From assembly GCA_036505755.1 (NCBI GenBank), contig DASXSW010000252.1:1-36770 (forward strand): a stretch of DNA of 36,770 bases. The letters are read 5' to 3'. The notes under the pieces were generated by a model. That model searched no databases and was not told the DNA's origin. It saw nothing but the letters and a program-made list of their open reading frames with translations. How positions within the stretch are numbered: position 1 is the first letter of the stretch; the number at the start of each line of letters is the position of its first letter. Positions 1 to 9,807 of the stretch are shown here, in pieces. The translations under genes and the position numbers were made by a program. This DNA is from Candidatus Binatia bacterium (GTDB lineage Bacteria > Desulfobacterota > Binatia > UBA9968).

Positions 1-61
1 CCTTGGCTGTGTCGCCGGGCCGAGTCCGGGCGGCGCGCAAAATCTCGGTTCGGCCCGTTAT

Positions 62-520
62 GTGATACTTGTGCGGCACGCGGAACGAGATTGGCACGGA
101 GAAGATCCGCCGCTCACGGCGGCGGGGGAAGCTCGAGCCCAAGCACTCGCCGCAACGCTTCGCGACGCAGGGGTAACGGCAATCATCACCACTCAATGGC
201 GACGCACCCGAGACACAGCCAGGCCACTGGCGAGTTTACTGAGAATCACGCCGGAAGTGGTTCCAGTCTACGAAGGAAAATCTCTCGAGAATATGCAGGA
301 ATTCGCCGCCGCGGTGCGACGGCATAAAGATGAGACGGTGCTAGTCGTCGGCCACATCACGGTTACCGGCGTGATTGGTGTACTGGGCGGCCCGCGCTTA
401 CCCACCATCTGCGAGAATGTTTTCTCGGACCTGTTCTTTTTTGCGCCGGCCGCTGGCGAGGATGGCCTCGTGCGCTTACGCTACGGCGCGCCCGAAGATA
501 TCTCGCGCAATTGCAAATAA
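62..520 (+). CDS. histidine phosphatase superfamily protein (SixA/PhoE-like); N-terminus may lie upstream of the window
   Basis: 152-aa ORF. ILVRHAE near the N-terminus is an RHG-type catalytic motif, and VLVVGH is the downstream second-His motif. The start at 62 is GTG, and the same frame has no stop codon back to base 2, so the true start is uncertain. Confidence 0.6.
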   Translation: MILVRHAERDWHGEDPPLTAAGEARAQALAATLRDAGVTAIITTQWRRTRDTARPLASLLRITPEVVPVYEGKSLENMQEFAAAVRRHKDETVLVVGHITVTGVIGVLGGPRLPTICENVFSDLFFFAPAAGEDGLVRLRYGAPEDISRNCK

Positions 521-541
521 ATTTCGGACTTGATCCGATCC

Positions 542-1882
542 TCAAGCCGTCGGCGCACTTTCAACTTCGGATGACGAGCTCGTTCTCGATTGCCAGCGGA
601 AGATGATCAATCCCAGTGCGATGCCGCCAATGCTGACGTATCTCGTAGCATCATCGGACAATGCGATGCTGGCTAGACATAGCGCGATGGGCGGAATGCT
701 GATGGCAACGACGCCGGCAGTGCCAAACGGGACTCGAAAGGGACGGGGAAGCTCCGGAGCCCGTATTCGCAACCAGATCAGCGCGGCAAATTCCAAAATC
801 AGCGCCGCCGCATAGAGAAACATGTCGACTTCGATCAGGTCCTGGAAAGAAAACGGGATCAACAGGGAGACGCCGATGCTGTTGAACAAAATTGCCGGCC
901 ACGGGGTGCCATAACGTGGATGCAATCGACGCAGCGGTTGCGGCAACATATGGCGCTCCGCCATGGCGAATGGTACCCGCGCGGACGTGCAAAGCAGTGC
1001 GTTGAGCAATCCCGCGGCGCTGACCACGCCCGCGATCGTGAGCCAAGATCCGAGCCACGGACCGCCGATCTGCGCGGCGACTTTGGGAAAATAACCTTCC
1101 TTCCACGCAGTCCAATTGGCATCGACGCCGACGCCAACAGCCACCGGGAACAAATAAACGGCCGATACCGACAATACGGTAAAAATCATCGCGCGCGGAT
1201 AGTTTCGGTTCGGGTTGGCGACCTCCGCGGCGCAGCAGCCCGCGTTATCCCAACCCGAGGTATTCCAAAGCAAGACGCTACAAAGCAGCGCCCAGTCGAT
1301 CGCGTCCGTGCTCTTGAACCAGTTCGATACCTGGACCTGCGGTGTGCCGAAGGCGACCATGACTCCGAAGGGCGCGAGCACGATGAACAGAAAGACGATC
1401 GAGCTCAAACCGACCAAACGAATACCACGCACATTCAGCCAGGTAATCAGGCTGATCATGGCGGTACCGATTAGCCAACGCTCCATGGGCGACATGTCGC
1501 CGCGCAGGTAAGCGAGATAATCGACGAACATGACAGGATAAAGCGCGTTGTCAGCGAAACTACAGAGCCAGCTTAGCCAGCCTTCTTGAAAGCCCCAAAA
1601 ACGTCCGAAGGCTTTTTCGACCCAAACCACGTAGCCGCCGTCTTCGGGCATTGCGGTTGACAACTCGGCGGTCATCAGCGCGGTAGGAAAACTCCAGAGC
1701 CAGGGCAGAATGAGGATTCCTAAAAGAACGACGAACGGTCCGCCGGCGCCGATCGCGTCTTCCAATCCGTAAGCACCTCCGGCCACGCAAAAGAACGTCA
1801 GCGCAATCAGGCCGGGGAGATTGAGTCCGCGGCGTAGGGCGTGAGAAGAGGGTTGATTCGCTCGCGCAGCAAAGGTCGGCAT
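542..1882 (-). CDS. APC-family amino acid/polyamine permease
   Basis: 446-aa ORF that is hydrophobic throughout, with about 12 helix-length segments by eye. The N-terminal LTFFCVAGGAYGLEDAIGAGGP segment is typical of APC transporters. It is convergent with the upstream gene. Confidence 0.7.
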   Translation of the reverse strand: MPTFAARANQPSSHALRRGLNLPGLIALTFFCVAGGAYGLEDAIGAGGPFVVLLGILILPWLWSFPTALMTAELSTAMPEDGGYVVWVEKAFGRFWGFQEGWLSWLCSFADNALYPVMFVDYLAYLRGDMSPMERWLIGTAMISLITWLNVRGIRLVGLSSIVFLFIVLAPFGVMVAFGTPQVQVSNWFKSTDAIDWALLCSVLLWNTSGWDNAGCCAAEVANPNRNYPRAMIFTVLSVSAVYLFPVAVGVGVDANWTAWKEGYFPKVAAQIGGPWLGSWLTIAGVVSAAGLLNALLCTSARVPFAMAERHMLPQPLRRLHPRYGTPWPAILFNSIGVSLLIPFSFQDLIEVDMFLYAAALILEFAALIWLRIRAPELPRPFRVPFGTAGVVAISIPPIALCLASIALSDDATRYVSIGGIALGLIIFRWQSRTSSSSEVESAPTA

Positions 1883-2056
1883 GGGAAACGGTTGCGATAC
1901 TTAGAATGCGAATGGCGGAGCATATCGATCCGCCCGTAGCCTTGTCAATTGCGCGAGTCGCTTTGACTGGGGCGAAGATCGCTTTGTCGGTTGCGAGTAA
2001 AACTGCTAGACTCCCCGCTAAATTCTCCCTATGTCCGAAGCAGCACAGAATCTGCC

Positions 2057-3424
2057 ATGAGCCCATCCACACAGCAGCCAAAGCGGTCATTTCAACAAAT
2101 GAAGACCAGAGTCTTCGATCAATTTCTCGATAGCGAGCTTTCGGAACTGAAGCAGTTTAGGCGGTTGGTGCATTCCTCCGTCAAGATCGCGCTCATGGTC
2201 GGCCGCGATTTTTTTCAAAACCTGGTGAAACTCCAGGCGATGGCTTTAGCCTTCAAGACGCTGCTCTCTCTCGCACCGCTATTGGCAGTCGTTTTTTCAC
2301 TGCTTAAAGCGTTTGGCGTGCACAATCGCATCGAACCGGCCTTGGCCGAAGCGCTCGCGCCACTCGGCGAAAAGGGCGTAGAGATCACCGAGCATCTGAT
2401 TGGCTTTGTCGACAAGATGAAGGCAGGAGCGCTCGGCAGCGTCGGATTGGTCACGTTGTTCGTTACCGTTTTGTCGTTGATGGGAACGATCGAAGAGGCT
2501 TTCAATCATATCTGGCGCGTCAAGGCGCCAAGAAAACTGATGCGTAAGTTCAGCGATTACTTAAGTGCCGTGCTCGTCGGCCCGGTGCTGGTTTTTGCCG
2601 CAGTCACGATTACGGCGACTCTACAAAACAATTTGATCGTACAGGCGCTGCTTTCGCTGCAGGCGCTTGGCACAGTGATTTTGATATTACTACGACTGGT
2701 GCCTTATCTGACGCTGTGGGGCGCTTTTACCTTTGTCTACATCTTTATACCGAACACGCGGGTCAAACTTCAGTCCGCGCTGGTCGGCGGCTTGGTGGCC
2801 GCGGTGCTTTGGCAAACCGTCGGTTGGGGCTTTGCGGTCTTCGTCGCTTCGTCGACCCGTTATTACGCGATTTATTCGAGTTTTGCGATTCTGTTGCTTT
2901 TTCTTCTCTGGCTCCACATCGGCTGGGTGATTGTATTACTGGGCGCGCAAGTGACGTACGCGCATCAGAATATTCATGTTTTCCAAGGCGATCGAGAGCT
3001 GCTGGCGCAGAGCCCGGCGGGCCGCGAGAAGCTCGCGCTGCATCTGATGCTGCTCGTCGGGCGCAATTTTTACCATGGGATCGACCCGATGAGCGTGTCC
3101 GAGTTGGCTGCTCATTTACGCTTGTCCGCAGGTATGGTCAAAGAATTTATGGAGATGTTCGCACAAGCCAAATTGGTCTTGCCGTTGGCCGATGAGGAGA
3201 CGTTTGTGTTAGCCCGCGATCCTGAAACGATCGGCGTCAAGGAAATCCTGGATTGTGTGAGGAACTCCGGAAGAAAAGTAAAACTTCAAGGCGAGCGAAG
3301 CCGAGAGGAAAGCGAGATCAACGGGCTGCTTCTCGATCTCGATCAGTCCAGCACCAAGATCCTCGAAGGGAAGCATTTGCAGTGGCTTATTCTTCGCCTT
3401 AGTCCACCGAACGGGCGACGCTGA
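2057..3424 (+). CDS. YihY/BrkB (virulence factor BrkB) family membrane protein with C-terminal soluble extension
   Basis: ORF-track frame 1991..3424. I prefer the ATG at 2057 (MSPSTQQPK...). The multi-pass membrane core (LKAFGVHNRIEPALAE..., WLHIGWVIVLLGAQVTYA) is typical of the YihY family. A soluble tail of about 150 aa follows. Confidence 0.7.
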   Translation: MSPSTQQPKRSFQQMKTRVFDQFLDSELSELKQFRRLVHSSVKIALMVGRDFFQNLVKLQAMALAFKTLLSLAPLLAVVFSLLKAFGVHNRIEPALAEALAPLGEKGVEITEHLIGFVDKMKAGALGSVGLVTLFVTVLSLMGTIEEAFNHIWRVKAPRKLMRKFSDYLSAVLVGPVLVFAAVTITATLQNNLIVQALLSLQALGTVILILLRLVPYLTLWGAFTFVYIFIPNTRVKLQSALVGGLVAAVLWQTVGWGFAVFVASSTRYYAIYSSFAILLLFLLWLHIGWVIVLLGAQVTYAHQNIHVFQGDRELLAQSPAGREKLALHLMLLVGRNFYHGIDPMSVSELAAHLRLSAGMVKEFMEMFAQAKLVLPLADEETFVLARDPETIGVKEILDCVRNSGRKVKLQGERSREESEINGLLLDLDQSSTKILEGKHLQWLILRLSPPNGRR

Positions 3425-3439
3425 AGTTCGCTGACTGTC

Positions 3440-5017
3440 TCAGCGGTTGCGGAAGAGTTGTTTGAAAAAGGAACTGAAACCTTTGTCGATTTTTTGTGGC
3501 AATCCGGTCTCGGCAATCTTTTGAGCATTCAAATTGACCGAAGGATTTTCCACTGGTCCGGTCACTTTCAACGGCACAACGACGCGGCCGTGGCTGTCTT
3601 TGAAGAATGTCGACGCGTGTCCGCGGCCGACGCGGGCCGATGCTTGAGGCGATAGGCTGGTATCGATAGCCAGATTCAGCGTCGGTTGGTCTATGGTCAT
3701 GGTGCCGTTTCCGTTCACTTCCAACTGCGGATTCACCAAGTAGAGTCGAGTGAATTCAGCGAAGCCGCCGCCGATAATGAAGTCTGCCTCCATCGTGCGA
3801 AACGTTGTGGCTTCGCGCCGTTCGTCCTTCGACAGGCCGATCATGCCCGTAACCCGCTGGATCTTATTGATCAAATCGACATTGGTGAGCTCGCCGTCGC
3901 GGGCGACGAGTTTGCCGTTGCCCTGCAACCGTTTGCTGACCGATCCAACGCCGAGCGGCAGGCGGATGGAAACTTCACCGCTCAAGTTACCTTTCAATGC
4001 GCGCTTGCCGTTAACCTGGACGCCTTTGAATAGCCCGCGAATCTGCGTGACGAGGCTGTTCGACGGACCGCTGACATTCATGTATAGGCCCATAGGACCG
4101 GAAATTTCAGTGTCGCGTGGCGCCAAGTTGAAAACGAACAGGATCTGGAAAATGGGTTGAGCATCGACATTGTCGCTCCGCAAATCCAGCTGGACCCGCG
4201 GAGTCGTAAAGAGGTTGCTGATATTGCCTTGCACAGGAAAGGTCAGATCTTGGATCTTAAGACGGTTATTCTTGAGCTCGAGAAGCGCTTTTTCTTCTTG
4301 ATAGGAAAGCTCTCCTTTCAGCGAGATTGTGCGCAGCCCTGGATAGCTAAAAGCCGCTTCAAACGGGAAGGGTGCTTCGCCCGAAAATTCCTTCACCGAG
4401 AGGTCGATGCCTCGTATAACAACCGGCGTTTGACCTTTGGTAGTGACATTGAGTTGTCCGTCTCGGATGCGCATGCTGCTCGGGATCACCAGCGGCGCGG
4501 GCGAGGCCTCGGGTGCCCTTGTTCCCTCGGATCGCTTTCTCGCTTCGCGGCGGGCGTGGGCCGCAGTTTTCTTATTGCCGATATCGGCATAGTTGAATGT
4601 ACCGTCGGGTTGTTTGAGCAGATTGAAAACCGGTTTGTCGAGAACCAGCTCGGTGACTTCGAAGCGGCCCCTCAAGAGCGGCAAGAACTTAACTCGTAGC
4701 TGGACCTGCTGCGCGGAGAAAAAAGTATTGTCTGCAAATGCCGGATTATCGGAGACTCTTAGCTTCGACATGCGGATCGAAGGCGTGGGCACGAGGCTGA
4801 GCCGGACTTCGCCGACATCCACGCGCCGGTTAAGCGCTTCCTCGACAAGGGGCAAGTAGGTGCGTTTGAACAGTCCCAAGTCAACGAAGTGCGGCACGAC
4901 CAAGATCGCCGTGATCAAAAGCCCGACTGCCGCCGCGCTGATCCACGCCGCCTTTTTGATTTTGTACAACCACGACGGCAGGGTTAGAGCTGGCGATGAT
5001 ACGACTTCTTCAGGCAT
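3440..5017 (-). CDS. AsmA-family protein (outer-membrane biogenesis associated)
   Basis: 525-aa ORF with a single N-terminal TM anchor (AAWISAAAVGLLITAILVV). The following VDLGLFKRTYLPLVEEALNRRVDVGEVRLSLVPTPSIRMSKLRVSD pattern is typical of the AsmA N-terminal domain. The rest appears beta-rich. Confidence 0.7.
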   Translation of the reverse strand: MPEEVVSSPALTLPSWLYKIKKAAWISAAAVGLLITAILVVPHFVDLGLFKRTYLPLVEEALNRRVDVGEVRLSLVPTPSIRMSKLRVSDNPAFADNTFFSAQQVQLRVKFLPLLRGRFEVTELVLDKPVFNLLKQPDGTFNYADIGNKKTAAHARREARKRSEGTRAPEASPAPLVIPSSMRIRDGQLNVTTKGQTPVVIRGIDLSVKEFSGEAPFPFEAAFSYPGLRTISLKGELSYQEEKALLELKNNRLKIQDLTFPVQGNISNLFTTPRVQLDLRSDNVDAQPIFQILFVFNLAPRDTEISGPMGLYMNVSGPSNSLVTQIRGLFKGVQVNGKRALKGNLSGEVSIRLPLGVGSVSKRLQGNGKLVARDGELTNVDLINKIQRVTGMIGLSKDERREATTFRTMEADFIIGGGFAEFTRLYLVNPQLEVNGNGTMTIDQPTLNLAIDTSLSPQASARVGRGHASTFFKDSHGRVVVPLKVTGPVENPSVNLNAQKIAETGLPQKIDKGFSSFFKQLFRNR

Positions 5018-5306
5018 GCTTTACACCGTTTATATTATACGCGATCGAGCAGCGTTGCGAAATGAACAGTAGCGTCCTCACGGGCTTAGACGATGCCCCC
5101 TTCTCGTTGTCCATGATTGCGACTGCCTTTCTTATCATGCAGCCAACATCATTCAAGGCTCAGCTACATGTATCAGTTCGACATTTCTCATTGACGGCGC
5201 CTCAACCAAGCAAAATCAACCGAAAATTGCACATCCCAGCACTCGAACAGTGGCGGGGGGAACGGCTATTTGTTAGCATAGCGGCCTCTGAAGGGTCAGC
5301 ATCGAC

Positions 5307-6275
5307 TTGGAACTCGCACTGGAAATCCTACCGCAAGTCCTATTGGATGGCGTCGTTTTAGGATTCATGTACGCCCTGATCGCCTTGGGCTACACGATGG
5401 TCTACGGTGTTTTGGAGTTCATCAACTTCGCCCACAGCGAGATCTTTGTGCTCGGCGCCTTCGTCGGGGTCGAAGTCTTGTTGCTGCTGGAGAGCGCAGG
5501 GCAATTGGCCACACTTCATCCGGCGATGATACTGCTGCTGGTCATTGTCACCGGAATGGTCGTTAGCGGAGTTGCGGCCATGGCGCTGGAGCGCGTCGCC
5601 TATCGTCCGCTACTGGGCGGTCCTCGTCTCGTCGCGCTGATCTCGGCGATCGGCGCGTCTTTTTTTCTGCAAGACGGTCTGCGACTTTTCGAAAGCCTAT
5701 GGCGCAACACGTTTTACCTGAACTATCCGAGCGTGGAATTTTTCGACCGTAATTTGCCCGTGACCGCAAACCTGGTCATCCCGGTGAAGTCACTGCTGGT
5801 CATTGTCACCGCATTGCTGACTTTGGCAGGGCTCTACTTTTTCGTCAACCACACTAAGTTGGGCACGGCGATTCGCGCCGTGGCGCAGGACCCGGACACG
5901 GCGTCGCTCATGGGTGTGCCGGTGAACCGGGTGATTGCGCTGACGTTTTTCGTCGGCGGCGCCCTGGGCGGACTCGCCGGAGTGCTGTTCGGCATTCATT
6001 ACAGTTTGGTCAATCCCTATAGTGGATTTGTCCCGGGCATGAAGGCTTTCACCGCCGCGGTGCTTGGCGGTATCGGCAATATTCCCGGCGCCGTGTTGGG
6101 CGGCATGATGCTCGGGCTGTTGGAAGCGTTCGCGGCTTCTTATCTTTCCATAATGACCGACGGCGCGTTTGGCGCCGAGTACAAGGACGTTGTCGCGTTC
6201 TTAGTCTTAATCCTGATCTTGATCTTTCGTCCCAAAGGATTGCTCGGCGAAACGGTGCGTGAGGGCAAGGCGTGA
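5307..6275 (+). CDS. livH: branched-chain amino acid ABC transporter permease (LivH type)
   Basis: 322 aa with a TTG start. The LGFMYALIALGYTMVYGVL N-terminal signature and the C-terminal ILILIFRPKGLLG are typical of LivH. The stop overlaps the next gene start (GTGA). Confidence 0.9.
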   Translation: MELALEILPQVLLDGVVLGFMYALIALGYTMVYGVLEFINFAHSEIFVLGAFVGVEVLLLLESAGQLATLHPAMILLLVIVTGMVVSGVAAMALERVAYRPLLGGPRLVALISAIGASFFLQDGLRLFESLWRNTFYLNYPSVEFFDRNLPVTANLVIPVKSLLVIVTALLTLAGLYFFVNHTKLGTAIRAVAQDPDTASLMGVPVNRVIALTFFVGGALGGLAGVLFGIHYSLVNPYSGFVPGMKAFTAAVLGGIGNIPGAVLGGMMLGLLEAFAASYLSIMTDGAFGAEYKDVVAFLVLILILIFRPKGLLGETVREGKA

Positions 6276-7519
6276 AGAGCGTCGGTGTGATGATTGGATT
6301 GTTGGCAGCGATCCTGTCGAGCTTTTTGCTTGCGATATGGTTTCCCCAGTCCCTGTTCGCCTTCCTTCTATTCGAAGCTTCGCTGATCGCTATTTACTAT
6401 TCATCGATCCAGCGCAAAGTGAAGTTATGGCTAGGTGCTCTTGTATTGCTCTGGCTGATGCCGATCTTGGGTTTCATCAATGGTTATTACCTGGAAGTGG
6501 CCATCCAGATCGGCATCTTTGTCGCTCTGGCGTTGGGATTGAACATCGTCGTCGGCTTCGTCGGCTTGCTCAATCTCGGCTTCGTCGCTTTTTACGCCAT
6601 TGGCGCTTATCTGTGGGCGATCTTCGGTTCGCCCCAAGCGAACCAATTTATCGCCGGCGGTCTGTTTCCGCTCTCGCCCAACTGGTTTTTTGTCTTCCTT
6701 CTGCTCAGCATCGTCGTCGGCGCGTTGACGGGTACGCTCTTGGGTTTGCCGGTGCTGCGCTTGCGCGGTGACTATCTCGCGATCGTCACATTGGGCTTCG
6801 CCGAAGTCGTGCGCGCGCTGGTCAACAATTTAGACAAACCGGTGAATCTGACCAATGGTCCGAGAGGAATCAGTCCAATAACCAAACCGCCGCTGTTCTT
6901 TCAGCCGGTGTTGGAATTCATCGGCGTGAAGTTTTCCGAAGCTCAGCTTTATCCGCTTTATTTTTATTTTCTAATTTTGCTGATGGTATGCGTCATCGTT
7001 TTAGTTACGCGACGGTTAGAAGATTCCCGTATCGGGCGGGCGTGGAAGGCGATTCGTGAAGACGAAGTCGCCGCCGCTGCGATGGGCGTGCCCGTTGTGC
7101 GGATGAAACTTCTCGGCTTTGCCGTCGGCGCATCCTTCGCTTCCGCGGTCGGTGTGCTATTTGCCGCCAAGCAGGTCTTTATCAATCCGGAGAGTTTCAC
7201 CTTCATGGAATCCATCGGCGTCCTGGCGATGGTTATTCTGGGCGGCATGGGTTCTATCCCGGGCGCGGTTCTCGGCGCAACCGGCGTCACGGTTTTGAAC
7301 CTGCAATTGCTCAAAGGCTTGTCGCTTTGGCTCAATGGTCTGCGCCAATCGGGCGCCGTGCTGTCGGTTCCATGGCTCGGCAGTTATTCTTTGAGCCAGT
7401 TGCCGGCACAGTTTGAGCCGGCGAAGTACGAGCGCATGGTATTCGGCTTGATTTTGATTCTGATGATGATCTTTCGTCCCCAGGGCATCTTGCCGCCGCG
7501 CCGGGAGCCAAGAAAGTAA
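6272..7519 (+). CDS. livM: branched-chain amino acid ABC transporter permease (LivM type)
   Basis: 415 aa. GLNIVVGFVGLLNLGFVAFYAIGAY, LRLRGDYLAIVTLGFAE and the C-terminal MIFRPQGI are LivM hallmarks. It is translationally coupled to livH. Confidence 0.9.
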   Translation: MKSVGVMIGLLAAILSSFLLAIWFPQSLFAFLLFEASLIAIYYSSIQRKVKLWLGALVLLWLMPILGFINGYYLEVAIQIGIFVALALGLNIVVGFVGLLNLGFVAFYAIGAYLWAIFGSPQANQFIAGGLFPLSPNWFFVFLLLSIVVGALTGTLLGLPVLRLRGDYLAIVTLGFAEVVRALVNNLDKPVNLTNGPRGISPITKPPLFFQPVLEFIGVKFSEAQLYPLYFYFLILLMVCVIVLVTRRLEDSRIGRAWKAIREDEVAAAAMGVPVVRMKLLGFAVGASFASAVGVLFAAKQVFINPESFTFMESIGVLAMVILGGMGSIPGAVLGATGVTVLNLQLLKGLSLWLNGLRQSGAVLSVPWLGSYSLSQLPAQFEPAKYERMVFGLILILMMIFRPQGILPPRREPRK

Positions 7520-7520
7520 T

Positions 7521-8306
7521 ATGGCATTGCTCGAACTCCGCGGCGTTTCGAAACGCTTCGGCGGCTTGCAGGCACTCACGCGCGTGAGCATGGAGTTGGA
7601 GGAGGGCATGATCGCCTCGCTCATCGGTCCCAACGGCGCCGGCAAAACCACGCTCTTCAATGCCTTGACGGGAATCTACCGGCCGGACGAAGGCGAAATG
7701 CGCTTTCTCGATCGTTCACTCGTCGGGTTAAAGCCCGAGAGAATCACCAGCGCCGGCATCAGCCGGACATTTCAAAACATTCGCTTGTTTTCGCACATGA
7801 CCGTGTTGGACAACGTACTGGTGGGCATGCACGCGCGGCTAAAAACAAGTTTGCCGGCAATTTTGTTGAGCCTCCAAGGAGTTCATGAAAAGGAAAAAGG
7901 CGCACAGCACAGGGCGATGGAGCTGATTGAGCTCACTGGACTCAGCGGTCGGGAGAATGAATGGGCGCATCAATTGTCTTATGGCGAACAGCGCCGCTTG
8001 GAAATTGCCCGTGCCCTGGCCGCCGAACCAAAGCTCCTGCTGCTCGACGAGCCAACCGCAGGGATGAATAGGTCGGAAGCGCAATCGCTCATGACGCTCT
8101 TCAAAGAACTGCTAGGAAGATACGTCAAAGCGATTTTACTGATCGAACACAACATGCGGGTGGTCATGGGAATTTCAGATTGCGTCCATGTGTTGGATTA
8201 CGGCGAAAAAATTGCCGAGGGCCGTCCCGAGGAAGTGCGCCAGGATCCGCGCGTCATCGAAGCCTATCTCGGACAGGGATCGTGGGTGGAGCATGCTCGA
8301 AGTTAA
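7521..8306 (+). CDS. livG: branched-chain amino acid ABC transporter ATP-binding protein (LivG type)
   Basis: Walker A GPNGAGKTT, ABC signature LSYGEQRRLEIARAL and Walker B LLLLDEP. The C-terminal IEAYLG is typical of LivG. Confidence 0.9.
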   Translation: MALLELRGVSKRFGGLQALTRVSMELEEGMIASLIGPNGAGKTTLFNALTGIYRPDEGEMRFLDRSLVGLKPERITSAGISRTFQNIRLFSHMTVLDNVLVGMHARLKTSLPAILLSLQGVHEKEKGAQHRAMELIELTGLSGRENEWAHQLSYGEQRRLEIARALAAEPKLLLLDEPTAGMNRSEAQSLMTLFKELLGRYVKAILLIEHNMRVVMGISDCVHVLDYGEKIAEGRPEEVRQDPRVIEAYLGQGSWVEHARS

Positions 8307-8994
8307 CGACATCCACGTTTACTACGATACTATCCATGCGCTGAAAGGCGTGTCCTTTTCGATCGAAACAGGCGAAATGGTTACGCTTCTGGGCGCCAAC
8401 GGCGCGGGCAAAACCACCACGCTGAAAACGCTTTCCGGACTACTACGACCCACGCGAGGGTCCATCGAACTCGAAGGAGCGATGCTCGAGAACATCGAGG
8501 CCCATGAGATCGTTCGCCGCGGCGTCGCTCATGCGCCAGAGGGCAGAAGAGTTTTTCCGCGCTTTACCGTGCTGGAAAATCTTAAAATCGGGGGTTACAC
8601 GCGCGACAAGCGCGCGCTCGGCGCGGAGCTGGATTTCGTTTTTCAAATGTTTCCACGACTGAAAGAGCGACAAAAACAGTATGCCGGCACGCTTTCGGGC
8701 GGCGAGCAGCAGATGCTCGCCATCGGCCGGGCGCTCATGGCCAAGCCAAAACTTTTGCTTCTCGACGAACCTTCCATGGGCCTTGCGCCGAAGATCGTCG
8801 AGCAGATCCTCGAAACCATACGCACCATCAACAAAGCCGGCGTGACCGTGTTGCTGGTCGAACAGAACGCTGTCATGGCGCTGGCTATTTCGCATCGAGG
8901 GTACGTCTTAGAGACTGGTGAGGTGATTCTCAAGGGAACCTCCAGCGAGCTGGCCGGGAACGATTTAGTCCGACAAGCTTACCTGGGCGGATAG
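8293..8994 (+). CDS. livF: branched-chain amino acid ABC transporter ATP-binding protein (LivF type)
   Basis: The frame is open from 8188, but the ATG at 8293 (MLEVNDIHVYY...) gives the canonical LivF N-terminus. Walker A GANGAGKTT, signature LSGGEQQMLAIGRAL and Walker B LLLLDEPS are present. Confidence 0.9.
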   Translation: MLEVNDIHVYYDTIHALKGVSFSIETGEMVTLLGANGAGKTTTLKTLSGLLRPTRGSIELEGAMLENIEAHEIVRRGVAHAPEGRRVFPRFTVLENLKIGGYTRDKRALGAELDFVFQMFPRLKERQKQYAGTLSGGEQQMLAIGRALMAKPKLLLLDEPSMGLAPKIVEQILETIRTINKAGVTVLLVEQNAVMALAISHRGYVLETGEVILKGTSSELAGNDLVRQAYLGG

Positions 8995-9016
8995 TTAAAG
9001 ACCGAGTCGTCTTTAA
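8995..9016 (+). terminator. possible hairpin after livF (weak terminator candidate)
   Basis: An 8-bp inverted repeat, TTAAAGAC (8995-9002) / GTCTTTAA (9009-9016), starts immediately after the livF stop codon. No T-run follows, so this is weak. Confidence 0.25.
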
Positions 9017-9048
9017 ACACCGACAGCGAAAAGTTAAACTACGATCCA

Positions 9049-9768
9049 ATGCAATACCAAACTCGACAGATCATGTTCGGTGGCGGCAGCGTGACGGCGG
9101 CGGTCAAGTTTTTGCTGATCGCCAACGTTGCCGTGTTTGCCATTCAAACAATCGTGGGTGTTAGCGTGGATTACCAGCTCGCTTACTATTTTGGTCTGGT
9201 GCCGCCGCTGGTATTACACGAATTCTATCTCTGGCAACTTTTCACCTACCAGTTTCTCCACGGCGGGTTGTTTCATCTATTGTTCAATATGCTGGCGGTC
9301 TGGATGTTCGGCTGCGATCTGGAGCGGCGCTGGGGAAGCAGTTTTTTTCTGCGCTATTACTTTATTACTGTTATCGGCGGCGGCATCCTCAATACCCTCT
9401 TCCTACCCAACCAGATGGGACCGAGCATCGGCGCGTCAGCGGGAGTCTATGGTATTCTGCTGGCTTACGGTCTCATCTATCCTAACCGAATCGTCTATTT
9501 TTATTTTCTGTTTCCGATCAAGATGAAACACTTCGTATGGATCATCGGGGCGATCGCGCTCTATTCGTCGATCACAGCAGGACAGAGCGGTATCGCACAC
9601 TTAGCCCATCTCGGCGGTATGGTTTTCGGTTACCTTTATCTCCGCGGCGGCAATCCCTGGGACCGAATCAAAGACTACCTCGACCGCCGCCGCCTCGCCC
9701 GCCTCAAACGCCGCTTCCAGGTTTATCCCGGCGGCAAAGACGACGACTCCGGGCCGACGGTGCACTAA
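9049..9768 (+). CDS. rhomboid-family intramembrane serine protease
   Basis: 239 aa, multi-pass. It has HLLFNM, the catalytic-Ser region IGASAGVYGILLAY and the catalytic-His region AHLAHLGGMVFGYLY, the standard rhomboid arrangement. Confidence 0.85.
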   Translation: MQYQTRQIMFGGGSVTAAVKFLLIANVAVFAIQTIVGVSVDYQLAYYFGLVPPLVLHEFYLWQLFTYQFLHGGLFHLLFNMLAVWMFGCDLERRWGSSFFLRYYFITVIGGGILNTLFLPNQMGPSIGASAGVYGILLAYGLIYPNRIVYFYFLFPIKMKHFVWIIGAIALYSSITAGQSGIAHLAHLGGMVFGYLYLRGGNPWDRIKDYLDRRRLARLKRRFQVYPGGKDDDSGPTVH

Positions 9769-9807
9769 GAACTTTAACGTCTTCTCCGAAACCCTCCGTC
9801 CGTTCGA

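Noticed and set aside
8188-8292. Upstream extensions of ORF-track frames: 8188 for livF, 13981 for the M48 peptidase, 1991 for yihY, 16353 for rnhA, 24689 for mraY, 31753 for ftsQ and 36765 for ddl.
   Set aside because: In each case an internal start gives the canonical family N-terminus, signal peptide or lipobox. It also avoids a long overlap with the preceding gene. The extensions have no family-like sequence.
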